From a virus, in IMG/VR virus record IMGVR_UViG_3300047310_000715: a stretch of DNA of 64,000 nucleotides; one strand, written 5' to 3'. The translations under genes were made by a program, and so were the position numbers. Every line of letters begins with the position of its first letter. Position 1 is the first letter of the stretch. Positions 53,283 to 61,955 of this stretch are shown here, piece after piece. Under the pieces are notes generated by a model. It was not told the DNA's origin. It saw only the letters and a list, made by a program, of their open reading frames with translations, and made no database searches.

Positions 53283-55209
53283 GTCGGTCGAGATCAGGTC
53301 AATACTCAAACTCGACGACCAATCGAGTCACGTCGTCGAGAAGGTAAAGGGCGGGTTCGAGCACATGTCGGAGCGGGTCCACGAGGCCCAACACGAGATG
53401 GCGGGGCTCTTCAAGACCTCTCTCGCGATGGCGGCTGGCTTTCAGATCGACCATGGGATCGAGTCGATCAAGGAGTTCGGGCACGAGGTCTTCAACGCCG
53501 CGAAGAACCTCGGGGAAGAACAGAAGCAGCTCGCGGGATCGATCGCGATCGGCGACAAGAGCGGGCGTTCGTACGAGGAGATCAAAGCCCAAGCGGGTGA
53601 GCTTCACGAGGAGCTCGAGGGGCTCGGGATCGCGGCGGGAGCGTCGACGGAATCGATCATCGATGCGTTCTCGACGATCCAGGCGAGAAGTCAGCGGTCG
53701 ATCGAACAGACGAAAGAGCTGACCGAGAACATGGTCTACGCGAGTCGCGCGGTCCCGGGCGGGATGGAGGGAATGGCGAACGCGTTCCGCGATCTCGAAA
53801 CCGGGATCGTCCGGCCCCGCAACGCGCTCGTTCAGCTGATGATCATGACCGGCACCGTCGAAGGGAACGCGAAGAAGGTCTCGAAGGGCCTATCGGCGAT
53901 GTTTCAGTCCGGCGAGGGCGGGCAGGAAAAGGTGATGAAGCTCGCCGAGCAGGCCGTCGAGCGGATGTCGGAAAAAATGAAGAAAGCACCCGTGACGTTC
54001 GGGCAGGCGGTCGAGTCGCTCAAGTCGATGCGGGAAGAAGTGTTCGAGCAGATGGGGGCCCCGATCCTGAAGGCCATGACGGGCCCGCTCGTGAAGCTGA
54101 AGGAGTACTTCGTTCAGAATCGCGAGGCGATCTCGAAGTGGGCTCACGAGGTGGGGGTAAAGGTCGGGGTTTGGATCAAGGAAGCGGCCGAGAAGATCCG
54201 GGAGGGATTCCAGTACCTTCAGAACCACGCCGAGGAGATCAAAAAAGCGATTCAGGAGGGGTTCGACGCCGCGAAGGCGGTCGTGCAGTGGATCCTGGCC
54301 CACAAGGAGGAGATCGCGATCGCGTTCGGCGCGAAGGCGGTTCTGCCGGGCGCGATCGGGGCCGCGAAGGGCGGTATCGAGGTCGCGAGCTCACTCGCCG
54401 GCATGGGCGGCATGGGGCTGAAGGGCGGCAGCCTGATGAGTGCCGGGGGGCTCGCGTCGTTCGGGCTCGCGGTCGCGGCGTTCGCGGCCGCCGTTGGGGC
54501 CTGGAAGCTCGCGATCGACCAGTGGAACAAGCTCCGCGACATGACGCACGGAAAGTCGGATGCTGAGCAGAACGAAGAGGCTCGCAACGTCAGGCTCCGC
54601 GACATGGGGGGTTCAGCCGAGAAGATCGACACGAAGGAGTTCGACAAGCTTCGGGCCGCCTACATCGACCAGGCGGACGCGATGGGGATGTCGCAACGCG
54701 CGGCCGGCGAATACGCGGATGCGGTCTGGGAGCATCACCGGATCCTCCGGCAGTCGGCCGAGGAGGTCGACGAGATCGCACAGCGGGCCGGTCAGGGCGA
54801 CGAAGTCGAGAGCGCGAAACGTTGGGTCGATATCTTCAACGGCGCGGTGCTTCAGCAGAACGAAGCGGTTCAGCGGTACGCGGCGAACGCGCTCGCGGGA
54901 TCCGAGATGCTCCAGAATGCGTTCCTCGCGAGCGGGGCGAACGTCGAGGGTGGGTTCGATCACCTCGCGGAACTCGTCGGCGGGAAGTCGGAGGAATTCG
55001 CCAAGATCCTCAAGGGAATGGGGACCGACGCCGCGCACGGGAAGCTGCCTGACAAGGTCCAGATGAACTTCAACGGCAACACCTTCAACATCAAGCAGGA
55101 CTTTAAAGACTCGGACCCGGACCGGATTCTACTGACGTTCCGCCGCGACCTTGTCCGGAACGCGATCGCGCGTAACCAGAGCCGACTCGGGACTCCGTTC
55201 GGCATCTAG
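53275..55209 (+). CDS. Tape measure protein
   Basis: 644 aa, Ala/Gly-rich helical; position after chaperone. Confidence 0.85.
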   Translation: MAESVEIRSILKLDDQSSHVVEKVKGGFEHMSERVHEAQHEMAGLFKTSLAMAAGFQIDHGIESIKEFGHEVFNAAKNLGEEQKQLAGSIAIGDKSGRSYEEIKAQAGELHEELEGLGIAAGASTESIIDAFSTIQARSQRSIEQTKELTENMVYASRAVPGGMEGMANAFRDLETGIVRPRNALVQLMIMTGTVEGNAKKVSKGLSAMFQSGEGGQEKVMKLAEQAVERMSEKMKKAPVTFGQAVESLKSMREEVFEQMGAPILKAMTGPLVKLKEYFVQNREAISKWAHEVGVKVGVWIKEAAEKIREGFQYLQNHAEEIKKAIQEGFDAAKAVVQWILAHKEEIAIAFGAKAVLPGAIGAAKGGIEVASSLAGMGGMGLKGGSLMSAGGLASFGLAVAAFAAAVGAWKLAIDQWNKLRDMTHGKSDAEQNEEARNVRLRDMGGSAEKIDTKEFDKLRAAYIDQADAMGMSQRAAGEYADAVWEHHRILRQSAEEVDEIAQRAGQGDEVESAKRWVDIFNGAVLQQNEAVQRYAANALAGSEMLQNAFLASGANVEGGFDHLAELVGGKSEEFAKILKGMGTDAAHGKLPDKVQMNFNGNTFNIKQDFKDSDPDRILLTFRRDLVRNAIARNQSRLGTPFGI

Positions 55210-55258
55210 TTGTGCGGGCGCCTCAGCAGCGGTAGGGTTCTGGCCAGGAGAATCCAAC

Positions 55259-55435
55259 ATGGCGATGCCCCCGTTCCTCAAGAAAAAGCTCGATGCGTCG
55301 AGCGAGTCCGAAAGCTCCGCCAGCGAGTCCGAAAGCTCGGCTAGCGAGTCGGAGTCCGAAAGCTCGGCTTCTCCCGCCCCCAAGAAAAAGGCATCGTTCG
55401 GCAAGGGCCTCGCGGCCTGGGCCGGCAAGAAGTAG
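55259..55435 (+). CDS. 58-aa protein with Ser/Glu repeats and Lys-rich ends
   Basis: CAGGAG RBS; (SESESSA)n encoded by 21-bp tandem units. Confidence 0.6.
   Translation: MAMPPFLKKKLDASSESESSASESESSASESESESSASPAPKKKASFGKGLAAWAGKK
55301..55369 (+). repeat. 21-bp tandem repeat x3 (third unit has 6-bp insert)
   Basis: AGCGAGTCCGAAAGCTCSGCY at 55301, 55322, 55343. Confidence 0.85.
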
Positions 55436-55439
55436 GGGG

Positions 55440-55459
55440 ACCGCGCCGCGCGGCGCGGT
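55440..55459. repeat. 20-bp palindrome copy 10 (5 nt before GTG 55465)
   Basis: Exact match. Confidence 0.95.
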
Positions 55460-55464
55460 GAGCC

Positions 55465-56685
55465 GTGGCGATCCTCAGCACGCTTGTGATCGAGGACCTT
55501 GGTCCGTCCGGCGAGCGTGTTGAGCTCCGGGGGGCCGGCCTGCCGCTGAAGGGCGCGAGCTGGAAGGGTACCCAGAACGTCAAGACGACCTGGTACCCGG
55601 GGAACTCGATCGAGGCGACCCAGCAGGTTCTGGGTCCCCAGGAGGAACCCTCCGAATGGGAGGGGGAGTGGAACCGCACCCGTCTGGCCAAGACCCCGTG
55701 TGTGATCTCGACCCCCGAGGGGGACCAGAAGGTCGTGTCGCCGTTCGACCTCTGGGATGCGCTCGACGAATTCCGAATCAAGGGCACGAAGCTTCGGGTC
55801 CAGTGGATCGTTCAGGACGAGAACGGGTCGACGCGCGCGACGCGCTCACGCGAGGGGCGCCTGACGTCGCTCGAGGGGCTCGCCGACACCGCGTACGACG
55901 TCCGGTGGAAAGCCCGCTTCGACTGGTCTGGCCGCGGTGGTGCCCAACAGAAGGCGGTCTCGACCCGCGAGGGTGACCTCGCGAGCGCGACCCGGGGGCT
56001 CGCGAGCTCCGCGAACGAGATCGCGGGTGTGGCGGCCCGGTCGGCCGCACAACTCGAGCGAAGCGCGGCCGCCCAGGCAGCGGCCGACAACACGGCGCCA
56101 CCGATCGCGACCTCAACATTCCTGACGCTCGGGTCACTCGAAACGATCGCGCTCGGGCCGGCCGCGATCGTCGATACGATGATCGATCAGACGACCCGGA
56201 TCGCGAACGACGTCGGCCGAATCATCGGGGTCGCGCAGAAAGCCGCCACGATCCCGAGCCAGATCGCGAGCGCTGGCAAGACCCTCGCGGCGAGCATGAG
56301 GCTCGCGGTCAATCAGGGGAAGGACCAGATCGACCGAACTCCGGTCGAGACCATGACGCATATTCAGGACGTCGTCGCGATCGGTCGCTCGATGCGGTAC
56401 TTCGGTCGCGTCCACGACGCGGCGAATCAGCTCGGCACGGACGCGTCCAAGATGGAGGATCGTCTCATCGCGTCCGGTCCCCGCGCGCTCGTTCCTCGGA
56501 AAACGGTCGAGGTTCACGTGTGCAAGGATGGCGACACCATGGCGAGCGTCTCGCAGAAGCACTACGGGACCCCGGACCGGGCCGTCGATATCGCGCGCGC
56601 GAACCACCTTCCGTGGCATCAGCGGACCCTGACGCCCGGCCGAACCCTAGTCATCCCGATCCTCGATCCGCAGCGGACCGCTTGA
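55465..56685 (+). CDS. Tube-initiator / baseplate protein with C-terminal LysM
   Basis: HVCKDGDTMASVSQKHYG..DIARAN..TPGRTLVIP LysM; YPG..ATQQVLG N-terminus. Confidence 0.8.
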   Translation: MAILSTLVIEDLGPSGERVELRGAGLPLKGASWKGTQNVKTTWYPGNSIEATQQVLGPQEEPSEWEGEWNRTRLAKTPCVISTPEGDQKVVSPFDLWDALDEFRIKGTKLRVQWIVQDENGSTRATRSREGRLTSLEGLADTAYDVRWKARFDWSGRGGAQQKAVSTREGDLASATRGLASSANEIAGVAARSAAQLERSAAAQAAADNTAPPIATSTFLTLGSLETIALGPAAIVDTMIDQTTRIANDVGRIIGVAQKAATIPSQIASAGKTLAASMRLAVNQGKDQIDRTPVETMTHIQDVVAIGRSMRYFGRVHDAANQLGTDASKMEDRLIASGPRALVPRKTVEVHVCKDGDTMASVSQKHYGTPDRAVDIARANHLPWHQRTLTPGRTLVIPILDPQRTA

Positions 56686-56716
56686 CGGCTCCGGCCCCCC
56701 GCTGGGACCCTTAGGG

Positions 56717-58477
56717 GTGCCGGATCCCGAACAGCCTGAACAGTCCTACTACCCGCTTGCGAAGGCGCGGCTGATCGTCCGGTTCGAAGAGTTCGGATCG
56801 CCGGTCGTAAAGGGAGACGCGCCGCGGAAGCTCGTCCAAACGCTCCGGGGAACGAAGTCATCCCGGAACGCGCTCGAGGTCCGGCAGGATCCGGATGCGC
56901 CCGCCGGAACGAAGCGGCTCGTCCTATCGCCGAAGTCGGGTTCCGCCGACAGCCCCCAGCAGGAAGACAAGAGCGCCGATGGCCTATCGTGGTCGATCGG
57001 TGGGGTCGTGCCGAAACAGGCGTCGTGGAAGGAGAACGGGATCCGGAGTGCGAACGAACTGAAGTTGGTCCTGAAGTTCGTCGACGCACCGTTCGACCCG
57101 AGGGCGATCCGGACCTGCGCGGTCGAGCTTTACGTCGGAACCATCAAGGCGTCCGACTACGAGGCCGCGATGCAGGGGGACGAACACTCGGCCGCCGACC
57201 GAACGCCGGGCGCCGCCGGCGCGTTCCTACTCCCGGACGGTTGGGTCGACGCGACCGGTCGACCGCGGTCGAATCTTCGGTTTCAGGGCTGGGTCGACGA
57301 GTGGGAGGTCGACTGGGACGAGGACAACGAACCGATCGCGACCCTAACGTGCCGGGACAATACGAAGGTTCTGATCGACCAGGATGCGCCCCCGAGACTC
57401 GTCTTGGCGGCCAACAAGCCAATCGATGAAGCGATCGCGACGTACCTGTCGAACTTCCCCCAGTTCGCCGGTATGGCGGTCGAGTACCGGCCCGCCGGCG
57501 AGCAGGTTCCGTCGCTCGACGGAGCGCTTTCCAAGACGTCCTACAAGCCCAAGCTCGGGCCGGCCCCAACGAAAGCCGGTGGGTCGCCGAACAAGATGTC
57601 GGTCTGGGACTACCTGACGGATGCCTGCGGGGCGCTCGGACACGTCGTGATGGTCGAGGGGACCGTCGTGGTGATTCAGCGGGCCCGTTCGATGCTATCG
57701 AGCACGGTATCGCAGCGACCCGAGGATCCGTTCACGACCCGCACGCTCCCGTCGGGCCTCCAGATGGAGCGCCGTCACTTCATCTACGGGCGAAACGTCC
57801 TGGGCTACAAGGTCGCGCGCCGGTACGCGAAGACGGCCCCAACGAATGTCGAGGTTCGGTCCTACATCGCGAAGCGAAAGAAGGTGTTGGTCGTTCGGTT
57901 TCCGGCGAGCGCGATCGTGACGAGCGCGAACCCCGGGGACGGTCACAGCGAGCAGAAGTATCTCGTCTGGCGAGTCTCGGGAATCGAGGACGAGAAAACG
58001 ATGCGGGTCATCGCGCAGTCGATCTACGAAACGGTCGGTCGGAACGAGCTCGCCGTGACGCTCAAGACCCGGAACCTCGCTTCGTTCGGCGGTGGGAACG
58101 AAGATCCCGATATCTTCGACATGAAGCCGGGGGATGCGTTCGAGATCCTGGTCAATCGCGATGCGGACTACTCGACCCTTACGGGGATCGAGCAGGAGAT
58201 GTTGGTCGCGGACGGGGCCCGCCGATTCCTCGAGGCAGCCGGTTACTCGGCCGACCTCGCGAACGCCTATGCGGCCGCGTACGCGAACGCGGGGTTTCAA
58301 TCGACGTTCCGACTTCGCGAGTACTCCGGCGAATGGTCGATCGACGATGGGGTCTCGTTCACGATCGGCGGCGTGAACTACGTCGAGGTCAGGATGGACC
58401 AAGAGCTTCCGCAGGGTGAAGAGCAGAAGAGTCCGAAAGGGGCCGGCCCGACGAAGCGTCAGCCGAAGGTGTCCTGA
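56717..58477 (+). CDS. Baseplate hub protein
   Basis: FQGWVDEW..TLTCRDNTKVLID; position. Confidence 0.75.
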   Translation: MPDPEQPEQSYYPLAKARLIVRFEEFGSPVVKGDAPRKLVQTLRGTKSSRNALEVRQDPDAPAGTKRLVLSPKSGSADSPQQEDKSADGLSWSIGGVVPKQASWKENGIRSANELKLVLKFVDAPFDPRAIRTCAVELYVGTIKASDYEAAMQGDEHSAADRTPGAAGAFLLPDGWVDATGRPRSNLRFQGWVDEWEVDWDEDNEPIATLTCRDNTKVLIDQDAPPRLVLAANKPIDEAIATYLSNFPQFAGMAVEYRPAGEQVPSLDGALSKTSYKPKLGPAPTKAGGSPNKMSVWDYLTDACGALGHVVMVEGTVVVIQRARSMLSSTVSQRPEDPFTTRTLPSGLQMERRHFIYGRNVLGYKVARRYAKTAPTNVEVRSYIAKRKKVLVVRFPASAIVTSANPGDGHSEQKYLVWRVSGIEDEKTMRVIAQSIYETVGRNELAVTLKTRNLASFGGGNEDPDIFDMKPGDAFEILVNRDADYSTLTGIEQEMLVADGARRFLEAAGYSADLANAYAAAYANAGFQSTFRLREYSGEWSIDDGVSFTIGGVNYVEVRMDQELPQGEEQKSPKGAGPTKRQPKVS

Positions 58478-59478
58478 TGGAGCGCGAGCTCAGCGATATG
58501 ACGAGTTTTCCTGGCGCCGATACGCGCCAGTGGGTCTCGTACGGTACCGTCGATCCGGACGGACCCGATTCCCGATCCGTTACGTTCGAGAAAGGGCTCG
58601 GCCCGATCGTCGACGTGACGCTTCAGCCGTCCGGGATCCCGTGCCGGTGCCGGGTCGCGGGGGGTGTCGCGGGCGCCGGCGAAGGCGAGTACTATCCGTT
58701 CGCGGCGAACGACGAAGTCTTGGTCCTGATCCCGGAAGGGGACGAACGCGCCCATCCCGTGATCGTCGCGCGGATGAACAACGAGCTCGACGCGTGGCCC
58801 GATACGGTCGCGGCGAACGATCCGACTCAAAACAACTTCGGGTTCCGGCGCATGAAGGCGCCCTGGATGGTCGAAACCGCGCAGGCCTGGGGGGTCCGGA
58901 ACGCCGTCACGGGAGCGCTCCTGATGATGGAGGCCGCCGGCTCAACGACGGCCCGGGATGGGTTCGGTGACTTCCTTCATCTCGGGCCCGACTTCGCTGG
59001 TCTTCAGACGACCGACGATACCGACAAGACGTCCCCCGTCACGACCCCCGGGTCGACCGTGATGGTCCTTCAGCTCGACAAGAAGAACAAGCAGGTCAGG
59101 GCAGAAGTAACGGGCAAAGCCATCATGCTGCTCGGCGAACAGGGGAGCGTCGTCGGAACGACCGGGGCGCTCCAGGTCTCGACCCAGGGAGCCACCGCGA
59201 GCGAACACGTCGCGACAACCGAACAGGTCCTCAACATTCTGAACAACTTTCTGCTCCTACTCTCGGGGTTCTCGGCCCCGGGGGCACTCGCGGCGCTATC
59301 GGCTCCGCCGGCGCGTGATGCGTTCCTCGCGAGCGTATTGTCGGCCGCCGGCGTACCGGGTACCGGAACCGTATCGCCGGCCGTCATGTCGGCCCTCGCG
59401 GGCGCAATGGCGGGAAAACTTCCAAACCCAACGGGAAACAATCCGGGCGTCACGTGCCCGGGGTTTCTGGCAGGCTAA
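58477..59478 (+). CDS. Baseplate central spike (gpV/gp45-like)
   Basis: OB-fold-like CRV..YYP..NDEVLV..P.GD..PVI; beta-helix-like repeats follow. Confidence 0.75.
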   Translation: MERELSDMTSFPGADTRQWVSYGTVDPDGPDSRSVTFEKGLGPIVDVTLQPSGIPCRCRVAGGVAGAGEGEYYPFAANDEVLVLIPEGDERAHPVIVARMNNELDAWPDTVAANDPTQNNFGFRRMKAPWMVETAQAWGVRNAVTGALLMMEAAGSTTARDGFGDFLHLGPDFAGLQTTDDTDKTSPVTTPGSTVMVLQLDKKNKQVRAEVTGKAIMLLGEQGSVVGTTGALQVSTQGATASEHVATTEQVLNILNNFLLLLSGFSAPGALAALSAPPARDAFLASVLSAAGVPGTGTVSPAVMSALAGAMAGKLPNPTGNNPGVTCPGFLAG

Positions 59479-59481
59479 CGG

Positions 59482-59859
59482 ATGTCGGGATTCCAACCGC
59501 CCCCGAACGCTCCGCCGCCGGCCGTCCAAGATCTGGCGGACGAGGCCGCGGCGTTCTCGTTATCGCTGAAGCTCCCTCCGATCCCGGCATTCCCAGGCGC
59601 CGCTGGGGGCGCAGGAATACGGGTCCCGACGCTTCCGTTCTCGATCTGTGGGTTCAAGCTTCCGGGACCACTCCCGTTTGGGCTCAGTTTCTCGATCCCC
59701 CCGTTCGCGATCCCTCTCCCGAAGTTCGCGCTCGCGGTCGGGATCTCGTGCGACGGTGTTTTGAACGAGCACCCCCTCAACTTCGCCGCGGGGGTCGCGT
59801 GGGGTGGGGGTCGGATCTCGCGCGCAGACCCCGACCCGGACGCGGAAGCCGACAGCTGA
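59482..59859 (+). CDS. Pro-rich baseplate-region protein
   Basis: Position; LP.IP repeats and CGFKLP motif. Confidence 0.6.
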   Translation: MSGFQPPPNAPPPAVQDLADEAAAFSLSLKLPPIPAFPGAAGGAGIRVPTLPFSICGFKLPGPLPFGLSFSIPPFAIPLPKFALAVGISCDGVLNEHPLNFAAGVAWGGGRISRADPDPDAEADS

Positions 59860-59872
59860 TACCATCTGGGGC

Positions 59873-60775
59873 GTGACGACCGTCGATACCGGCTGGGGTA
59901 GTGGACCGTGGGGCGTTTTCCCGTGGGCGGGGCTCGGCCCGACCGACGTACCGGTCAGTCCGGCCCTCTCGAACGCGTTCGCGATCCGCGAAAACGTCGT
60001 GCAGCTCTTCTTTTCGCTAGACCTTGTCGTGACGGGACTCCTCGACTCGAACGACGCCGGCGACCCACTCCACTACGTGGTCACGCCCGATACGTCGACG
60101 ATCGGGTACGATGGGCTCCCGGCCCGAACCGTCGGGGTCATCCGGGTCGATCTCGTCGATGATCAAGGGCTCGCCGGTACGATTCTGAATCTGATTCTCG
60201 ACCGCCCCCTGAGCCCCTACCCGGCCCTTTACGACGTAACGGTTCACGACCTCGTTGGGCTTTCGCCGGCGAACGCGCACGCGACTTTCTACGGGGTCCG
60301 GCAGCCGTTCCGGGACCCAACCCCTGACGGACTCCTTCCGTCGCGCGATATCGCACACCCCGATACGCTCTCGAGCGCACTCGACCCGCTTCCGAATGGA
60401 ACCGATCCGCTCGTTCTCGGAACGATCCCGGTCGATTCGTCGGGCGACTACGCGTTCGACGAGGGCATCGCGTCCCTCCGCAAACGGGTCTTCCGCCGGA
60501 TGCTCTCGATCCCGGGTAGTTTCCTTCATCTCGGGAACGCCTACGGGGTCGGGACCGCCAGCTTTCTGAAGCTCCTCGCCAGCCCAGCAAACCGTCAAAA
60601 GATCGCGACAGCCGCGGAAGCTCAGATCCGGCAGGAGCCGGACGTTTCGAGGGTCAAGGTCAAGATTCAGTACGACCCCGCGACCCCGCAGCTCGCCCGA
60701 TACGTCGTGTTGGTCAAACCGGTCGTAGGGGCCGCGAAGCGGTTCGACGTTCCGGTCGTGATTGTAGCCGGGTAG
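59873..60775 (+). CDS. Baseplate protein with C-terminal gp25/gpW-like domain
   Basis: SLRKRVFRRML..PG.F.H..YG.G..I..EP.V..V.V pattern. Confidence 0.7.
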   Translation: MTTVDTGWGSGPWGVFPWAGLGPTDVPVSPALSNAFAIRENVVQLFFSLDLVVTGLLDSNDAGDPLHYVVTPDTSTIGYDGLPARTVGVIRVDLVDDQGLAGTILNLILDRPLSPYPALYDVTVHDLVGLSPANAHATFYGVRQPFRDPTPDGLLPSRDIAHPDTLSSALDPLPNGTDPLVLGTIPVDSSGDYAFDEGIASLRKRVFRRMLSIPGSFLHLGNAYGVGTASFLKLLASPANRQKIATAAEAQIRQEPDVSRVKVKIQYDPATPQLARYVVLVKPVVGAAKRFDVPVVIVAG

Positions 60776-60815
60776 GGGTTTTGCCGGCACGGCCCCCAGG
60801 GGTCACGATCCGACC

Positions 60816-61955
60816 ATGGATCTGCCCTCCCGGCTCGACCTCTTTGCGGTAGGGCGCCAGTACGTCGTCGAACGGGCGAACAAGATCGACCCGAAACAGA
60901 TCGACGTCCAGGGGAGCGACGTCAACGTTTTCGTCGGCTCGACGAGCGTCGTCGCGTTCGAGATCGTCAAACAGCTCGCGTACTCGGTCAATCGCCTCCT
61001 GCTCGATGGGGCCGAGGACGAGGACCTCGACCGCTTCGCCTGGGACCGGTACCAGACGGCGCGGTTCGGCGCGTCTCCTGCCGTCGGGACCGTTCAGTTT
61101 TCGCGAGTATCGGCCACCGTGGGGGCCGGGTCGATCCTGGTCGGCACGAAAGTCACGACGAACGACGGGATCGAGTACGTCACGACCTCAACGGCTGCGT
61201 TCTCGGGTACTGACCTGACGTCGAGCGCTGACGTTCAGGCGGTTCAGGCCGGGCGCGACTTTCAGGTCGGGGCGAACCAGATCCGGAGAATCCCACCGCA
61301 GGCGCCGGCGAACGTTCCGTTCGACCCGACCCTGACGGTGAACAATCCGGTCGCGACCGCGGGAGGCGCGGACCGCGAACAAGACGAGGACTTCCGAAAC
61401 CGTGTTCGTGACTTCTGGCTGACGGCTCGCCGCGGGACCCTCAAGGCGATCGAGCTCGGGGCCCGCCAGGTTCCGGGAGTCGTATCGGCTCAGGCGTCGG
61501 AGGTCACGACGGTCGGGTCGACGCCCGCTCGGGTCGTGATCCTGTACGTGGCGGACGGTTCAGGTGTTTCGAATCAAGCGCTCGCGAACCGCGTCTCGAC
61601 ATCCCTCGGTGAGTATCGGGCGGCCGGGATTGCCGTCATCGTCGTGACGAGCCAGCCCGAGATCGTCGACGTCGTCCTGAGGCTCGCGTTCGAGGCGAAC
61701 GTCGACACGGTTTCGCTGACCCAGGCCGTCTTGTCGGCGGTCGTTGGGTTCATCAATTCGATTCCGGTCAACAACCCGCTCAGAATCGCGGACCTTCAGG
61801 CGGTTTTGGCCCGCTTCCGAAGTGATGGGCTCGTCGTCACGACCGATCCGACAACGCCCGCCAACAGCACGATCGTCGCGCCTGTCGGCGACGTAATACC
61901 GGACGCCGGTAAGACGATCCGGACGACTTCGCAGAACGTGACGCTAGCGGCATGA
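60816..61955 (+). CDS. Baseplate J-like wedge protein
   Basis: AEDEDLDRFA..R..A..A.G.V; GGADREQDEDFRNRV; GT..AIE..VPGV. Confidence 0.9.
   Translation: MDLPSRLDLFAVGRQYVVERANKIDPKQIDVQGSDVNVFVGSTSVVAFEIVKQLAYSVNRLLLDGAEDEDLDRFAWDRYQTARFGASPAVGTVQFSRVSATVGAGSILVGTKVTTNDGIEYVTTSTAAFSGTDLTSSADVQAVQAGRDFQVGANQIRRIPPQAPANVPFDPTLTVNNPVATAGGADREQDEDFRNRVRDFWLTARRGTLKAIELGARQVPGVVSAQASEVTTVGSTPARVVILYVADGSGVSNQALANRVSTSLGEYRAAGIAVIVVTSQPEIVDVVLRLAFEANVDTVSLTQAVLSAVVGFINSIPVNNPLRIADLQAVLARFRSDGLVVTTDPTTPANSTIVAPVGDVIPDAGKTIRTTSQNVTLAA

Noticed and set aside
3428-55459. CRISPR array built from the 20-bp repeats
   Set aside because: Copies are kilobases apart with no 25-45-bp spacers, and no cas genes are present.
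3428-55459. Strict ~3.3-kb periodicity of the palindrome
   Set aside because: Gaps range from 3.0-3.9 kb to 13.2 kb, and I found no convincing degenerate copies at the missing positions; only the lack of clustering is supported.
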